Notes: generated by a model from the letters alone, not told the origin. A stretch of DNA of 64,000 nucleotides from Erwinia sp. (GCF_049696395.1 NZ_JBAVTT010000149.1:2044-66043); one strand, 5' to 3'. Shown: positions 34,903-48,424, numbered from the stretch's first letter. A program made the numbers and translations.

Positions 34903-37900
34903 CTACATCTCATGTGGCGGCGGTGAAAGCACTTCACGGTTACCATTATGGCCCTGTGAAGAAACAATCCCCTGCGCTTCCATCTGTTCAATGATGCGTG
35001 CCGCACGGTTATAACCAATGCGGAACTGACGCTGCACACCCGAAATGGAAGCACGGCGTTTTTCCACCACGAAGCCAACAGCCTGATCGAACAACGGATC
35101 CAGCTCTTCATCTCCGTCCAGTGTCACACCGCCTTCGCTCTCTTCACCAGCGGTGATGCTCTCAATGTACTGAGGACGACCACGAGCTTTCCAGTCCTGA
35201 ACAACCGCGTGAACTTCCTCATCGCGGACGAAAGCACCGTGAACACGTACAGGCATTGAGGAGTTAGGCGGCATATACAGCATGTCACCCATTCCCAGCA
35301 GCGATTCTGCGCCTGACTGGTCAAGAATAGTACGGGAGTCGATCTTGCTTGATACGGTGAAGGCAATACGCGTTGGGATGTTAGCCTTGATCAAGCCAGT
35401 AATAACATCGACCGACGGACGCTGTGTAGCCAGAACCAGGTGGATACCCGCTGCACGAGCTTTCTGTGCCAGACGAGCAATCAGCTCTTCCACTTTCTTG
35501 CCCACCGCCATCATCAGGTCGGCGAACTCATCCACCAGCACGACGATATACGGCAGTTTTTCCAGTACGGGTGGCGTAGTCTCCATGCTGTCGCCCGGTT
35601 TCCAGAAAGGATCCGGAATTGGGCGACCCATAGCTTCAGCCTGAGCCACTTTCTCGTTATAGCCCGCAAGGTTACGCACACCAAGCGCCGACATCAGCTT
35701 ATAACGACGCTCCATCTCCCCCACACTCCAGCGCAGCGCATTGGCAGCGTCTTTCATATCGGTAACGACTTCAGTCAGCAGATGAGGGATGCCTTCATAG
35801 ACGGATAGCTCCAGCATTTTCGGGTCGATCATGATAAAGCGCACATCTTCCGGCGAGGCTTTATACAGCATGCTGATGATCATTGCGTTGACGCCGACAG
35901 ACTTACCCGAACCCGTGGTACCGGCTACCAGCAAGTGAGGCATCTTCGCCAAATCCGCAACCACTGGCTGACCAGAGATATCTTTACCCAACACCACGGC
36001 TAGCGGTGAAGGATTGTCACGGAATTTAGAGCACTCCAGCACTTCACGCATGTACACCGTCTGGCGATGCTTATTAGGCAGTTCCAGGCCGACATACGGC
36101 TTGCCAGGGATCACTTCCACCACGCGAACGGCAACCGCAGAAAGCGAACGCGCAAGGTCACGAGACAGGTTGGAGATACGGGCAGCTTTTACGCCCGGTG
36201 CCAGATCCAGCTCGAAGCGGGTAATAACCGGACCAGGAGAGATGCCGACAACTTCGGCTTTCACCCGGTAATCAGCCAGACGGGCCTCAACCAGTCGAGC
36301 CATCTGCTCAAGAGCAAACATATCGACAGGTTCGGCTTCAACAGGCGGTTCTGTCAGTAAATCCAGTGACGGCAGCGGAGTTGTTGGTCGCTCCAGGCGC
36401 TGCTCATGACGAACGAGGAACGGATGGAACAAGCTATCCTCAGCCGGTTTGGCTGGCGCTGGCTCAGGTGCCGCTGGCTCCTGAGGTGCTTGCCACGAAG
36501 GGGCAACGGGAGCCTGAGGCTGAACTGGAGGCGTCTGCCAGGACGGCTCTACTGGAGCCTGAGGTTGGGCCGGAGGCGACTGCCACGACGGCGCAGCTGG
36601 AGCCTGAGTCTGAACTGGAGGCGTCTGCCACGACGGCGTTACAGGTTGCTGTACCGGCGCATGTTCGGGCGTAGAGCTGTGTTGCTGCCACTGCTCAGCC
36701 GCTTTATCAGCTTCTGCTGGCAGGGTAAACAGCGGCTCGCTTGGGCCGTTATCAACCAAATCATCCATTGGAGAGAAATCAAACGCCCCGGCGGTGTCCA
36801 GCTTGAGGGAAGGAGCCTGCTGCTGTTCTTCGCCATAACGCTGCTGCTGTTGTTCAGCAAACTGACGAGCAAGCGCAGCCTGTTCAACAGCGGCTTCATC
36901 TTCCTCAGCAAACTCCTCTCCGTAGCGCGTTTGCTGCTGAGCCATAAAGGCCTCGCGCAGATGCGCTTCTTCGATCTCCATAGCATCCTGATCGTCTGCT
37001 GCTGGAAGAGTTTGAGCTGTTGGCTGCAGCAGTTCCTGCTCTTCTTTCGCTTTCTCTTCGGCCATACGCTGAGAAGGCAATTTAATGCCATATGAAGCCA
37101 GTTCGCGTCGTGTTGGCAATTTAACCGGATTTGGACGAGGTAATGCCGGGCCGATGCCCTGCTTAACCTGAGGATTACCCGGTGCCTCACTGGTGGCACT
37201 AAATCCTGGCATAAACGGCGCAGATGCCGCTGCCACTTTAGCCGCCGCTACGGCACCCTGAACGCCAGTGACCCTATCGGTTGGCTGAGTGCCCTGTGGG
37301 GCCGAGAAGTCGAACGGCGAGGAAGAAGAGCTGTCACGCCAGTTCCCCATTCTCGGACCGTCATCATCTTCATCTACCTGCACAGAAGGTGCAGGCGTGG
37401 TCTCAGCAGGCATTTCAAAACGATAAAGTTCAGGCGTTTCTGCCGCTGGAGCGGGTGGAGCAGACTGAGCAGGTTGAGCCGATGTCGGAACGGCAGCCTG
37501 AGCTGGAGCAAAGGCATGCGCAGGCTGTGAAGTCGCAACCGGAGACGCAGGAGCAGAAGGTACGGCGGAAGAAGGCGAAGCTGCGGCTACTGGTGCAGAT
37601 GCCGCTGCAACTGCAACCGGTTTGCTGAGCAGAGGATCGTTATCCTCATCTTCAGCTTCCTCTTCATGCAGCACATTCTTCGGTGCGGACAACAGCACAT
37701 CATCTACTTCGTTGTGAGCGCTCTGCTTCAGAACAGGCTGGGCGGAAGCCTCATTGCCCTGCTCTTCTTCATACTCATCCTCATGCCAGCGCTCATCAGT
37801 GCGCGAACGATTACTGGCGAACGTCAGCACGCCCATCACCGCACCCCCGATTTTCTCGGCAATCGTCAGCCAGGACCAGCCGGTGTAAAGCGTCAGACCC

Positions 37901-38418
37901 GCTGCCCAGATGCACAACAGCGTTAACGTCCCGCCTGCACTGCTGAACCAGGGAGCCATCGCATTACTCAGCAGGCTGCCAATCACGCCGCCAGAGGCGA
38001 AGTACCAGATATCATCCGCATTCAGCGCCGCCAGCCCACAGGAAGTGATAACCAGCGCCAGCACGCCAATCATACGCAAGGCTACCGCAAAGTAATCAAT
38101 GAATTCCTGAGAATGGCGCTGGCGGAAGGTAATCCAGCAGAGACCTAAAATGACCGGAGGAATGGCATACGCCATCACGCCAAAAACGAAGAACAGGGTA
38201 TCCGCAAGCCAGGCGCCAATGCCGCCGCCCACATTGTGGATAGGTTCATGCCAGGCGGTCTGGGACCAGCTGGGATCGGAAGGATTGAAGCTCACCAGTG
38301 CTGCCATCAGGTAGACGGCAAAAAGAGCCACAACAATCAACAACGCTTCGAGCAGACGACGCCCACTGCTAAGCGGTTGTAAGGATACTTCTTTATCTTC
38401 TGTGTATTCCTGGCTCAA
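34903..38418 (-). CDS. ftsK: DNA translocase FtsK
   Basis: 1171 aa. N-terminal membrane domain, long P/Q/A-rich linker, C-terminal motor with Walker A GTTGSGKS and Walker [11 protein letters not shown], and a gamma domain. Confidence 0.96.
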   Translation of the reverse strand: MSQEYTEDKEVSLQPLSSGRRLLEALLIVVALFAVYLMAALVSFNPSDPSWSQTAWHEPIHNVGGGIGAWLADTLFFVFGVMAYAIPPVILGLCWITFRQRHSQEFIDYFAVALRMIGVLALVITSCGLAALNADDIWYFASGGVIGSLLSNAMAPWFSSAGGTLTLLCIWAAGLTLYTGWSWLTIAEKIGGAVMGVLTFASNRSRTDERWHEDEYEEEQGNEASAQPVLKQSAHNEVDDVLLSAPKNVLHEEEAEDEDNDPLLSKPVAVAAASAPVAAASPSSAVPSAPASPVATSQPAHAFAPAQAAVPTSAQPAQSAPPAPAAETPELYRFEMPAETTPAPSVQVDEDDDGPRMGNWRDSSSSSPFDFSAPQGTQPTDRVTGVQGAVAAAKVAAASAPFMPGFSATSEAPGNPQVKQGIGPALPRPNPVKLPTRRELASYGIKLPSQRMAEEKAKEEQELLQPTAQTLPAADDQDAMEIEEAHLREAFMAQQQTRYGEEFAEEDEAAVEQAALARQFAEQQQQRYGEEQQQAPSLKLDTAGAFDFSPMDDLVDNGPSEPLFTLPAEADKAAEQWQQHSSTPEHAPVQQPVTPSWQTPPVQTQAPAAPSWQSPPAQPQAPVEPSWQTPPVQPQAPVAPSWQAPQEPAAPEPAPAKPAEDSLFHPFLVRHEQRLERPTTPLPSLDLLTEPPVEAEPVDMFALEQMARLVEARLADYRVKAEVVGISPGPVITRFELDLAPGVKAARISNLSRDLARSLSAVAVRVVEVIPGKPYVGLELPNKHRQTVYMREVLECSKFRDNPSPLAVVLGKDISGQPVVADLAKMPHLLVAGTTGSGKSVGVNAMIISMLYKASPEDVRFIMIDPKMLELSVYEGIPHLLTEVVTDMKDAANALRWSVGEMERRYKLMSALGVRNLAGYNEKVAQAEAMGRPIPDPFWKPGDSMETTPPVLEKLPYIVVLVDEFADLMMAVGKKVEELIARLAQKARAAGIHLVLATQRPSVDVITGLIKANIPTRIAFTVSSKIDSRTILDQSGAESLLGMGDMLYMPPNSSMPVRVHGAFVRDEEVHAVVQDWKARGRPQYIESITAGEESEGGVTLDGDEELDPLFDQAVGFVVEKRRASISGVQRQFRIGYNRAARIIEQMEAQGIVSSQGHNGNREVLSPPPHEM
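36490..36636 (-). repeat. In-frame 45-bp (15-aa) tandem repeats in the FtsK linker
   Basis: [15 protein letters not shown] / [15 protein letters not shown] / [15 protein letters not shown] / PSWQAP... read from the translation and from the DNA (CTGCCACGACGG recurs every 45 nt). Confidence 0.85.
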
Positions 38419-38454
38419 GAGTACTCTCCAGGGGCCTGTAAACTATGGAGGCAA

Positions 38455-38478
38455 CAGCGCCGGGCAAGCCCGACGCTG
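38455..38478 (-). terminator. GC-rich hairpin in the lrp-ftsK spacer (lrp terminator candidate, or ftsK leader structure)
   Basis: Minus strand: CAGCGTCGGGC-ttg-CCCGGCGCTG followed by TTGCC, a weak U-tract. Confidence 0.4.
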
Positions 38479-38481
38479 AAC

Positions 38482-38497
38482 CTGTATGAATTCACAG
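38482..38497 (-). promoter_or_regulatory. LexA (SOS) box upstream of ftsK
   Basis: CTGTATGAATTCACAG is a perfect CTGT-N8-ACAG palindrome with an AT-rich core, about 65-80 nt upstream of the ftsK ATG. E. coli ftsK has the LexA-controlled dinH promoter at the equivalent place. Confidence 0.65.
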
Positions 38498-38537
38498 GAG
38501 TGTACCGAAAACTATCAGGTTTTGCACCTGCCCTGTG

Positions 38538-39032
38538 TTACCGCGTTTTAATGACTAAGCGGTTACTTTGTTTCACTTCTTCCATGACGACATAGGTCCG
38601 CGTATCGTTCACGCCCGGCAGACGTAGCAGGGTTTCGCCCAGCAATTTGCGATAAGCCGACATATCAGGCACACGGGTTTTCAGCAGATAGTCAAAATCG
38701 CCTGAAACAAGATGACACTCTTGAGTTTCCTCAAGTTTTTGGACGGCGGCGTTAAATTGCTCAAACACATCCGGCGCACCACGATTCAGAGTAATCTCAA
38801 CAAATACCAGCAGTGAAGCGTCCAGATAGTGCGGATTCAGCTGCGCGGTATAGCCAAGGATGAATCCCTGGCGCTCGAGGCGACGAACACGCTCAAGACA
38901 AGGTGTTGGGGATAAGCCCACACTCTTAGAAAGATCGACGTTAGAAATTCGACCATTCTTTTGCAGTTCGTTAAGGATGTTGCGGTCGATCCTGTCCAGA
39001 TCTTTACCAGGTCGTTTTTTATTGTCTACCAT
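38538..39032 (-). CDS. lrp: Leucine-responsive regulatory protein
   Basis: The ATG at 39032 gives MVDNKKRPGKDLDRIDRNILNELQK..., 164 aa as in E. coli. The ORF-track start 39083 is an extension. Confidence 0.97.
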   Translation of the reverse strand: MVDNKKRPGKDLDRIDRNILNELQKNGRISNVDLSKSVGLSPTPCLERVRRLERQGFILGYTAQLNPHYLDASLLVFVEITLNRGAPDVFEQFNAAVQKLEETQECHLVSGDFDYLLKTRVPDMSAYRKLLGETLLRLPGVNDTRTYVVMEEVKQSNRLVIKTR

Positions 39033-39193
39033 TATTATTGTCTCTCTAAATGCCTTCCCTTTACTTGCCATACCCTGGCGCATTCGATGTGCAGGGTTGT
39101 TCTAAGTGAAGTCAGGAGCCTGCTGCGCTTCTCACAAAGCGCCCATCCGTATGACGCATGTTGTCTGTCCACACCATGCGTCATGACCAATGA

Positions 39194-40531
<1,338 letters not shown>

Positions 40532-40558
40532 GTTGTTAACACTCTGCATCAATCTTGC

Positions 40559-40590
40559 CAAAGGCGACCTCAACAGGTCGCCTTTTTGCT
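40559..40590 (+). terminator. Rho-independent terminator of trxB
   Basis: AAGGCGACC-tcaaca-GGTCGCCTT followed by TTTGCTTT. Confidence 0.75.
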
Positions 40591-40677
40591 TTCCACATTG
40601 TAACATTGCCAGCCAATTCCCCCTGTGTTTAGCAGGGATGTTTTCTCCTCTTTCGTTTAACGCTCAGCTGGAAAAGC

Positions 40678-42447
40678 ATGAACAAAACACGGCAGCAACA
40701 GTTACTCCGTTGGTTAAAAAGCCAGACCGGGCACGGTAAACGCTGGTTACGGCTCTCTCTGATCCTTGGCATGCTTAGCGCCCTGCTGATTGTCTGCCAG
40801 GCGTGGTTGCTGGCCTCGTTGCTACAAGCCCTGATTGTTGATCACACGCCGAGAGAAGCCCTGCTCTCACAATTTGTCTCTCTGTTCACCTGTTTTGCGC
40901 TGCGAGGCGTGCTGGCGTGGCTACGCGAAAAAGTCGGGTTCGAATGCGGCAAGGCCATCAGAACCACGCTTCGTCGTACCGTGCTAAACCAGCTCAGCGC
41001 ACTGGGGCCAGCCTGGATTCAGGGCAAACCGGCAGGCAGTTGGGCCACGCTGCTGCTTGAACAGATTGAGGATATGCAGGATTACTACTCCCGCTATCTG
41101 CCGCAGATGCTGCTGTCCGTTTTTATTCCGTTCTTTATTCTTATCGCCCTCTTCCCGGTTAACTGGGCAGCTGCACTGATCCTGATGTGTACCGCGCCAT
41201 TGATACCGCTGTTTATGGCGTTGGTAGGAATGGGCGCAGCTGATGCCAATCGCCGTAATTTTAAGGCGCTGGCCAGGCTCAGCGGCCACTTCCTCGATCG
41301 TTTACGCGGGCTGGAAACCCTGCGCCTGTTCCATCGCGCAGAGGCAGAAACTGAAAGTATTCGCCATGCATCGGAAGATTTCCGTCAGCGAACCATGGAA
41401 GTCCTGCGCTTAGCTTTCCTCTCTTCCGCAGTACTGGAGTTTTTCGCCTCGCTTTCCATCGCGGTTGTGGCGGTCTATTTCGGCTTCTCTTACCTGGGCG
41501 AACTCAACTTTGGTCATTATGGTTCCGGCGTCACGCTGTTTGCCGGTTTCCTTGCGTTGATCCTCGCACCAGAGTTCTTCCAGCCACTGCGGGATTTAGG
41601 CGCGTTTTATCATGCCAAAGCTCAGGCCGTAGGCGGCGCAGACTCGCTGGAAACGTTTCTGAATCAGAGTGAAACCCTGACCTCTGCTCAAGGCGAAAAG
41701 GTCATTGATACGCAGAATGGCCTGACCTTCCAGGCAGAAGAGCTGCAGATCCTCTCACCTGATGGCAAAGTGCTGGCAGGCCCCTTGAGCTTCACTCTCC
41801 TTCCCGGCATGCGCATTGCGCTGGTAGGGCAAAGCGGCGCTGGTAAAACCTCCCTGCTCAACGTGCTGCTGGGGTTTCTTCCCTATCAGGGCTCACTGCG
41901 CGTTAACGGCACGGAACTGCGGGAAATTTCGCCTGAGTTCTGGCAACAGCAACTCGCCTGGGTTGGGCAGAACCCTCATCTGCCTGCGACCACTGTGCGG
42001 CAGAATATTGCTCTGTCAGGCTCAGTTGACCCGGTCAAACTTGAGCAAGTCTGTGAGCAGGCAGGCGTCAAAGAGTTCCTGTCACAGCTTCCTGACGGGG
42101 TGGACAGTCAAATTGGTGAGCACGCTTCATCACTTTCTGTAGGTCAGGCCCAGCGTGTTGCGGTTGCCAGAGCGCTGTATAAACCCTGCCATTTTCTGTT
42201 GCTTGATGAGCCGGGTTCCAGCCTCGACAGCCACAGCGAGCAGCGGGTGAATGAAGCCTTGCTGGCGGCTTCCTACCTTCAGACCACGCTGCTGATCACC
42301 CACCAGCTGGATCAACTGGGCCGTTGGGATGAAATCTGGCTGATGCGTAACGGGAAAATTCTCCAGCAAGGCGATCACGCTGAGCTTCTGCGCTCGCCGG
42401 GTGCCTTTGCCGAACTTGCCGCTCAGCGTCAGGAGACCGTGGAATGA
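40678..42447 (+). CDS. cydD: Glutathione/cysteine ABC exporter CydD
   Basis: 589 aa with GQSGAGKTS, LSVGQAQR and FLLLDEP. Confidence 0.95.
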   Translation: MNKTRQQQLLRWLKSQTGHGKRWLRLSLILGMLSALLIVCQAWLLASLLQALIVDHTPREALLSQFVSLFTCFALRGVLAWLREKVGFECGKAIRTTLRRTVLNQLSALGPAWIQGKPAGSWATLLLEQIEDMQDYYSRYLPQMLLSVFIPFFILIALFPVNWAAALILMCTAPLIPLFMALVGMGAADANRRNFKALARLSGHFLDRLRGLETLRLFHRAEAETESIRHASEDFRQRTMEVLRLAFLSSAVLEFFASLSIAVVAVYFGFSYLGELNFGHYGSGVTLFAGFLALILAPEFFQPLRDLGAFYHAKAQAVGGADSLETFLNQSETLTSAQGEKVIDTQNGLTFQAEELQILSPDGKVLAGPLSFTLLPGMRIALVGQSGAGKTSLLNVLLGFLPYQGSLRVNGTELREISPEFWQQQLAWVGQNPHLPATTVRQNIALSGSVDPVKLEQVCEQAGVKEFLSQLPDGVDSQIGEHASSLSVGQAQRVAVARALYKPCHFLLLDEPGSSLDSHSEQRVNEALLAASYLQTTLLITHQLDQLGRWDEIWLMRNGKILQQGDHAELLRSPGAFAELAAQRQETVE

Positions 42448-44171
42448 AAATTTTAATGCCTTTTCTGGCCCTTTACCGTCGTCACATTTGGCGGCTTTCG
42501 CTTGGTGTGGTGCTGGCCATCATTACGCTGCTGGCGAGTATTGGTCTGTTAACACTTTCAGGCTGGTTCCTCGCGGCTTCCTCCGTGGCGGGCTTTGCCG
42601 GGTTATACAGTTTTAACTACATGCTGCCTGCTGCTGGCGTGCGCGGCGCGGCGATAACCCGCACGGCTGCACGCTATTTTGAGCGACTGTTCAGCCACGA
42701 CGGCACCTTCAGAGTGCTCCAACATCTGCGGGTGTTTACCTTCAGCAAATTGTTACCGCTCTCCCCCGCCGGACTAAGTGGTTACCGTAAAGGGGATTTG
42801 CTGAACAGGCTGGTAGCCGATGTTGATACGCTCGACCATCTTTATTTGCGCGTGATCTCACCTTTGTTTGGCGCTCTGGTTGTGATCCTTACCGTGACCG
42901 TTGGCCTGAGCTGGCTGGACTGGCATCTGGCGATGATTTTGGGCGGGCTGATGCTGATGACGCTGTTGCTGCTGCCTCCGCTGTTCTATCGCGCCGGAAA
43001 GCCTGCTGGCATCGCCCTGACGTCACTTCGTGGTCAATACCGTAGCCAATTGACTGACTGGTTACAGGCTCAGGCGGAGCTGGCGCTCTATGGTGCGGCT
43101 CAGCTTTTCCGCAACAATCTGGACGACACTGAAACGCGCTGGATGGCAGCACAGAAAAGTCAGGCAAGCCTGATGGGCATCTCCCAGGGGTTACTCATCC
43201 TGATCACCGGGTTTACCGTGGTGCTGATTTTATGGCTTAGCGCCGGCGGCGTAGGAATGGAGACCCAGCCAGGTGCGTTCATTGCCCTGTTCGTCTTTTG
43301 TGCTCTGGCAGCCTTTGAAGCCCTTGCTCCGGTTAGTGGTGCGTTCCTGCATCTGGGTCAGGTAATGGCTTCGGCTACTCGCGTTTCTGAAGTCATCAAT
43401 CAGCAACCTGCGGTCCGCTTTGCGACTAACCAGCGGCAATCCACAGAAGGCGTATCTCTTAGCGTGAAGGATCTCAGCTTCAGCTATGGCGACAATTCTC
43501 CGGCACTGGACTCTTTTTCTCTGGACGTTGCAAAGGGTGAACATGTTGCGCTGCTAGGCAGAACCGGCTGTGGAAAATCCACCTTGCTTCAGCTGTTGAC
43601 CCGCGCCTGGGATGCTAAGAGCGGAACGCTACTTCTCAACGGTCAGCCCATCTCACAGTGGGACGAAGCCTCCCTGCGCGCCTCCACCAGCGTGGTCACT
43701 CAACGCGTTCACCTGTTCAGCAACACGCTGCGGGAGAATCTGCTGTTGGCCGCCCCTGAAAGCAGCGATGAGCAATTAGTCGCGATCCTTCAGCAGGTCG
43801 GCCTTAGCGCGTTGCTGGATGACGATCAGGCACTGAATGCCTGGCTGGGTGAAGGTGGACGCCAGCTCTCTGGCGGCGAGTTAAGAAGGCTTGGACTTGC
43901 ACGCGCGTTGCTGCACGGCGGTGATTTACTGCTGCTGGATGAACCCACAGAAGGCCTTGATGCCGAAACCGAGAAGCAAATTCTGGCGTTGCTGCATAAA
44001 GTAGCCGAAAACAAAACGATGATTATGGTCACTCACCGTCTTCAGGGGCTGCAGCACTTCAACAAAATTTGCATTATGGACAGTGGCAGGATCATCGAGC
44101 AGGGAAATCATGTCGAATTAATCTCAAAACACGGTCGCTACTGGTATTTTCACCAGCGGTTTGCGCTATAG
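42444..44171 (+). CDS. cydC: Glutathione/cysteine ABC exporter CydC
   Basis: 575 aa with [17 protein letters not shown] and LLLLDEP. 4-nt overlap with cydD. Confidence 0.95.
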   Translation: MKILMPFLALYRRHIWRLSLGVVLAIITLLASIGLLTLSGWFLAASSVAGFAGLYSFNYMLPAAGVRGAAITRTAARYFERLFSHDGTFRVLQHLRVFTFSKLLPLSPAGLSGYRKGDLLNRLVADVDTLDHLYLRVISPLFGALVVILTVTVGLSWLDWHLAMILGGLMLMTLLLLPPLFYRAGKPAGIALTSLRGQYRSQLTDWLQAQAELALYGAAQLFRNNLDDTETRWMAAQKSQASLMGISQGLLILITGFTVVLILWLSAGGVGMETQPGAFIALFVFCALAAFEALAPVSGAFLHLGQVMASATRVSEVINQQPAVRFATNQRQSTEGVSLSVKDLSFSYGDNSPALDSFSLDVAKGEHVALLGRTGCGKSTLLQLLTRAWDAKSGTLLLNGQPISQWDEASLRASTSVVTQRVHLFSNTLRENLLLAAPESSDEQLVAILQQVGLSALLDDDQALNAWLGEGGRQLSGGELRRLGLARALLHGGDLLLLDEPTEGLDAETEKQILALLHKVAENKTMIMVTHRLQGLQHFNKICIMDSGRIIEQGNHVELISKHGRYWYFHQRFAL

Positions 44172-44203
44172 TCATAGCCTCTCGTGCCGCTGAGGCTGTA
44201 AAC

Positions 44204-44896
44204 ATGCGCCTGATCCAACTCTCAAGGGAGTCACTCAATTTTCCGCCGCCGGAAATGGCGCTGCGCGAACCCAATGGCCTGCTGGCAATGGGTGGCGATC
44301 TCAGCCCTGCGCGTCTGCTAAGCGCTTATCATCGGGGTATTTTCCCCTGGTTCTCGCCGGGCGACCCTATTCTCTGGTGGTCGCCAGATCCGCGTGCGGT
44401 GCTTTATCCAGAACGGTTCCACCTGAGCCGCAGCATGAAACGCTTTCATCAGCAGTCGCCCTACCGTGTGACGCTCAACCAGAATTTTTATGATGTTATC
44501 GAAGGCTGCGCCAGCGATCGTGAAGAAGGAACCTGGATAACCAATGAAGTCCGCCGCGCCTGGCTGAAGCTGTTTGAGGCAGGCCATGCGCAGTCGATTG
44601 AAGTCTGGCATGAAAACGTGCTGGTTGGCGGGATGTACGGACTGGCATTGGGGCAGATTTTTTGTGGCGAATCGATGTTCAGCCGACGGGAAAATGCCTC
44701 AAAAACCGCTTTACTCGTTTTCAGCCGCTATTTCCAACAACAGGGCGGAAAAGTGATAGACTGCCAGGTTATTAACCCGCACACCGCCTCGCTTGGCGCA
44801 GAAGAGATCGGCCGTGCGGATTACCTGCATCAGGTCAACTCTCTGGCAGATCAACCGCTTTCAAATGACTGCTGGCAGCCGCAGACCCTTTTTTAG
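44204..44896 (+). CDS. aat: Leucyl/phenylalanyl-tRNA-protein transferase
   Basis: The ATG at 44204 gives [39 protein letters not shown]..., matching E. coli Aat. ORF-track 44069 overlaps the cydC 3' end. Confidence 0.93.
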   Translation: MRLIQLSRESLNFPPPEMALREPNGLLAMGGDLSPARLLSAYHRGIFPWFSPGDPILWWSPDPRAVLYPERFHLSRSMKRFHQQSPYRVTLNQNFYDVIEGCASDREEGTWITNEVRRAWLKLFEAGHAQSIEVWHENVLVGGMYGLALGQIFCGESMFSRRENASKTALLVFSRYFQQQGGKVIDCQVINPHTASLGAEEIGRADYLHQVNSLADQPLSNDCWQPQTLF

Positions 44897-45189
44897 TGCT
44901 ATTAATCGATGTTTTCCACGCAAGAGTGGATAACAGTGATATAATATGCGCGTTTGGTATGTCGTCCGCCCTTCGCCTCCTGTTACTGGCGAGCCGGGAT
45001 TGGCCTGGCTGGGAATATTAACGCACCTTGTCTTTCGGTTGGCATTGCGCACAGGAGCGAATGCGAGACCCATTTTTAGCCCGCTTATTCCCCCACGCTG
45101 ACGTCATACACTGCACTTTTTGAAACGTGAGCTCCACTGCGCAAAACGCGTAACAGTGGGGTTGATGCTGGTGAAATCACCAACAATTC

Positions 45190-45218
45190 TTTACATAATA
45201 CTTGAAATTCGGCATTAT
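45190..45218 (+). promoter_or_regulatory. Candidate proximal sigma-70 promoter of infA
   Basis: TTTACA-17 nt-CATTAT, about 40 nt upstream of the infA ATG. An extended -10 (TGATATAAT, about 44932-44940) is a candidate distal promoter. Confidence 0.45.
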
Positions 45219-45245
45219 CTTGCCGGTTCAAAACTAAGGTTGTAA

Positions 45246-45479
<234 letters not shown>

Positions 45480-45521
45480 TTAGCATTCAGCCGTGCTGCC
45501 GCCCGTAGCCGCAGCACCCAT

Positions 45522-45556
45522 AAAAAAAGGCCGGATATTTTATCCGGCCTTTTTTC
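45522..45556. terminator. Bidirectional terminator between convergent infA and clpA
   Basis: AAAAAAA-GGCCGGATA-tttt-ATCCGGCC-TTTTTT. Confidence 0.85.
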
Positions 45557-45571
45557 TGTCTGTCAGACAGC

Positions 45572-47848
45572 TTAGTGTTCTGATCCTACCGTTTTACGCT
45601 TCTCAGCGCTGACGAAGTCATAGGTCAGCTGGTTTTTCTCTTTATCGAGAGCCACCGACACCGAGCCGCCATCCACCAGTGAACCGAACAGCAGTTCGTT
45701 CGCCAGCGGTTTCTTCAGGCATTCCTGCACGGTACGAGCCATTGGGCGTGCGCCCATCGCTTTGTCATACCCTTTCGCTGCCAGCCAGTCTCGGGCTTCA
45801 TCGCTGACTTCCAGCGACACGCCTTTCGCATCCAGCTGCGCCTGCAGTTCGACAATAAACTTGTCGACAACCTGATGAATAACCTCGGTATCGAGGTGTT
45901 TGAACCAGATAATATTGTCCAGACGGTTACGGAATTCTGGCGTAAAGATCTTCTTGATCTCTTCCATCGCATCGGTGCTGTTATCCTGATGGATCAGGCC
46001 GATCGACTTACGTTCAGTTTCCCGTACGCCGGCGTTGGTGGTCATCACCACTACCACGTTACGGAAATCGGCTTTACGGCCGTTGTTATCAGTCAGCATG
46101 CCGTTATCCATCACCTGCAGCAGCAGGTTAAAGACATCCGGGTGTGCCTTCTCAATTTCATCAAGCAGTACGACGGCATGTGGATGCTTAATAACCGCAT
46201 CCGTCAGCAGGCCGCCCTGATCGAAGCCAACGTAGCCCGGAGGCGCACCAATCAAACGGCTGACGGTGTGACGCTCCATGTATTCCGACATATCGAAACG
46301 CAGCAGCTCAATGCCCAACGCTTTCGCCAGCTGCACAGTCACTTCTGTTTTACCTACGCCCGTTGGGCCGGCAAACAGGAAGGAACCGACAGGTTTACGA
46401 TCCTGACCCAATCCGGCGCGGCTCATTTTGATCGCTTCGGTTAAGGCCTCAATCGCATCATCCTGGCCAAAGACCAGCATTTTCAGGCGATCGCTCAGCG
46501 TTTTCAGCGTGTCACGGTCAGTGGCAGAAACACTCTTCTCTGGAATACGCGCGATGCGGGCAACCACAGATTCGATATCCGACACGTTAACCGTTTTCTT
46601 ACGCTTGCTGGCCGGCATCAGACGTGCGCGAGCGCCCGCCTCATCAATCACGTCAATCGCCTTGTCAGGCAGATGACGGTCGTTGATGTACTTAACCGCC
46701 AGCTCGACGGCTGCTCTGACCGCTTTCGCGGTGTAGCGCACATCGTGGTGAGCTTCGTATTTCGGTTTCAGACCATTGATGATCTGCACGGTCTCGTCGA
46801 CAGAAGGTTCGGTAATGTCGATCTTCTGGAAACGGCGAGCCAGCGCACGGTCTTTTTCAAAGATGTTGCTGAACTCCTGATAGGTTGTGGAACCCATCAC
46901 GCGGATCTTCCCGCTGGAGAGCAGCGGCTTAATCAGGTTAGCGGCATCCACCTGGCCGCCAGAAGCCGCACCGGCACCGATGATGGTATGGATTTCATCG
47001 ATAAACAGAATGCTACTGGTGTCCTGCTCAAGCTGTTTTAACAGCGCTTTGAAACGTTTTTCAAAATCACCACGGTATTTGGTGCCTGCCAGCAGTGAGC
47101 CGATATCCAGCGAATAAATCGTGGCATCTTTCATCACTTCCGGCACGTCACCCTGCACAATGCGCCAGGCCAGGCCTTCCGCAATGGCCGTTTTCCCTAC
47201 GCCAGACTCACCCACCAGTAGCGGGTTGTTTTTACGACGACGGCAAAGTACCTGAACCGTACGCTCCAGTTCTTTATCGCGCCCGATCAGTGGGTCAATC
47301 CCACCTACGCGAGCAAGCTGATTAAGATTGGTGGTGAAGTTTTCCATACGATCCTCCCCGCCTGCTTGCTCTTCGTTGACCGGGTTTTCCGCACCTGACG
47401 CCGGACCCGGTTCATCTTTACGAGTCCCGTGGGAAATGAAGTTAACCACATCAAGGCGGCTCACTTCGTGCTTACGCAGCAGATAAGCGGCTTGCGACTC
47501 CTGTTCGCTGAAAATAGCGACCAGAACGTTAGCACCAGCAACTTCGCTACGACCGGATGACTGCACGTGGAATACGGCGCGCTGTAATACGCGTTGGAAA
47601 CTGAGCGTCGGCTGAGTGTCGCGCTCTTCTTCGCTGACCGGCAAGACCGGGGTGGTTTGTTCGATGAAGGCTTCGAGTTCCTGCCGGAGCGCCACAATAT
47701 CGACCGTGCAGGCTTCTAACGCCTCTCGGGCCGATGGGTTACTGAGCAATGCCAGCAATAAATGCTCGACGGTCATAAACTCATGACGGTGCTCGCGCGC
47801 TCTGGCGAAAGCCATATTTAAACTGAGTTCCAGTTCTTGATTGAGCAT
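45572..47848 (-). CDS. clpA: ATP-dependent Clp protease ATP-binding subunit ClpA
   Basis: The ATG at 47848 (RBS GGAGG) gives [24 protein letters not shown]..., 758 aa as in E. coli, with two P-loops GESGVGKT and GPTGVGKT. Confidence 0.97.
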   Translation of the reverse strand: MLNQELELSLNMAFARAREHRHEFMTVEHLLLALLSNPSAREALEACTVDIVALRQELEAFIEQTTPVLPVSEEERDTQPTLSFQRVLQRAVFHVQSSGRSEVAGANVLVAIFSEQESQAAYLLRKHEVSRLDVVNFISHGTRKDEPGPASGAENPVNEEQAGGEDRMENFTTNLNQLARVGGIDPLIGRDKELERTVQVLCRRRKNNPLLVGESGVGKTAIAEGLAWRIVQGDVPEVMKDATIYSLDIGSLLAGTKYRGDFEKRFKALLKQLEQDTSSILFIDEIHTIIGAGAASGGQVDAANLIKPLLSSGKIRVMGSTTYQEFSNIFEKDRALARRFQKIDITEPSVDETVQIINGLKPKYEAHHDVRYTAKAVRAAVELAVKYINDRHLPDKAIDVIDEAGARARLMPASKRKKTVNVSDIESVVARIARIPEKSVSATDRDTLKTLSDRLKMLVFGQDDAIEALTEAIKMSRAGLGQDRKPVGSFLFAGPTGVGKTEVTVQLAKALGIELLRFDMSEYMERHTVSRLIGAPPGYVGFDQGGLLTDAVIKHPHAVVLLDEIEKAHPDVFNLLLQVMDNGMLTDNNGRKADFRNVVVVMTTNAGVRETERKSIGLIHQDNSTDAMEEIKKIFTPEFRNRLDNIIWFKHLDTEVIHQVVDKFIVELQAQLDAKGVSLEVSDEARDWLAAKGYDKAMGARPMARTVQECLKKPLANELLFGSLVDGGSVSVALDKEKNQLTYDFVSAEKRKTVGSEH

Positions 47849-47876
47849 AGGCACCTCCCCCAATAGATTGCCTTAT

Positions 47877-48197
47877 TCAGGCTTTTTCCAGCGTACACAG
47901 CAACGGATGCTCGTTCTCCCTGGCGTACTTATTTACATGAGCGACTTTGGTTTCTGCCACTTCGGCAGTAAAGACTCCGCAGATCGCCTTTCCCTGGTAA
48001 TGGACCGCAAGCATCAGTTGCGTTGCACGTTCAGTATCATAAGAAAAGAACTTTTGCAGCACGTCAATAACAAATTCCATAGGTGTATAATCGTCATTGT
48101 TCAGAATAACTTTATACATCGAAGGTGGCTTAAGCCCTTCACGGAGCTTGTCATCTGCAAGGTGTTCAAAGTTAAGCCAATCGTTAGTGTTTGCCAT
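47877..48197 (-). CDS. clpS: ClpA adaptor ClpS
   Basis: 106 aa, ...[25 protein letters not shown]... Confidence 0.96.
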   Translation of the reverse strand: MANTNDWLNFEHLADDKLREGLKPPSMYKVILNNDDYTPMEFVIDVLQKFFSYDTERATQLMLAVHYQGKAICGVFTAEVAETKVAHVNKYARENEHPLLCTLEKA

Positions 48198-48396
48198 ACG
48201 TACCCAATCTCAACACGTTACTTACTCAGGTCAGACTAGCATTATTAAGGGTAAGTTTAACACGCCCAGAATGCTGGCCGACGCCGGTGATTTTTTGCAT
48301 CAAACTGCTGCTACGCGACCTCCATCACAAAATTCGCAATAGCGTTAACTGCTTCAAATTTTGACGATTTCGTCCCCGTTTGAACGCCCCATTTGC

Positions 48397-48424
48397 TTGA
48401 CGCTCAATGCCAATTCTCTACAGT
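48397..48424 (+). promoter_or_regulatory. Candidate sigma-70 promoter of cspD
   Basis: TTGACG-16 nt-TACAGT, about 90 nt upstream of the cspD ATG. Confidence 0.35.

Noticed and set aside
36366-37199. Several 75-229-aa ORFs on both strands across the ftsK linker
   Set aside because: They are artefacts of the stop-poor P/Q/A-rich repeat DNA. The ftsK frame is continuous and homologous across the region.
40930-40950. tRNA T-arm-like string GGGTTCGAAT
   Set aside because: It lies inside the cydD reading frame with no acceptor or anticodon arm context. No tRNA-like cloverleaf was found anywhere in the window by eye.
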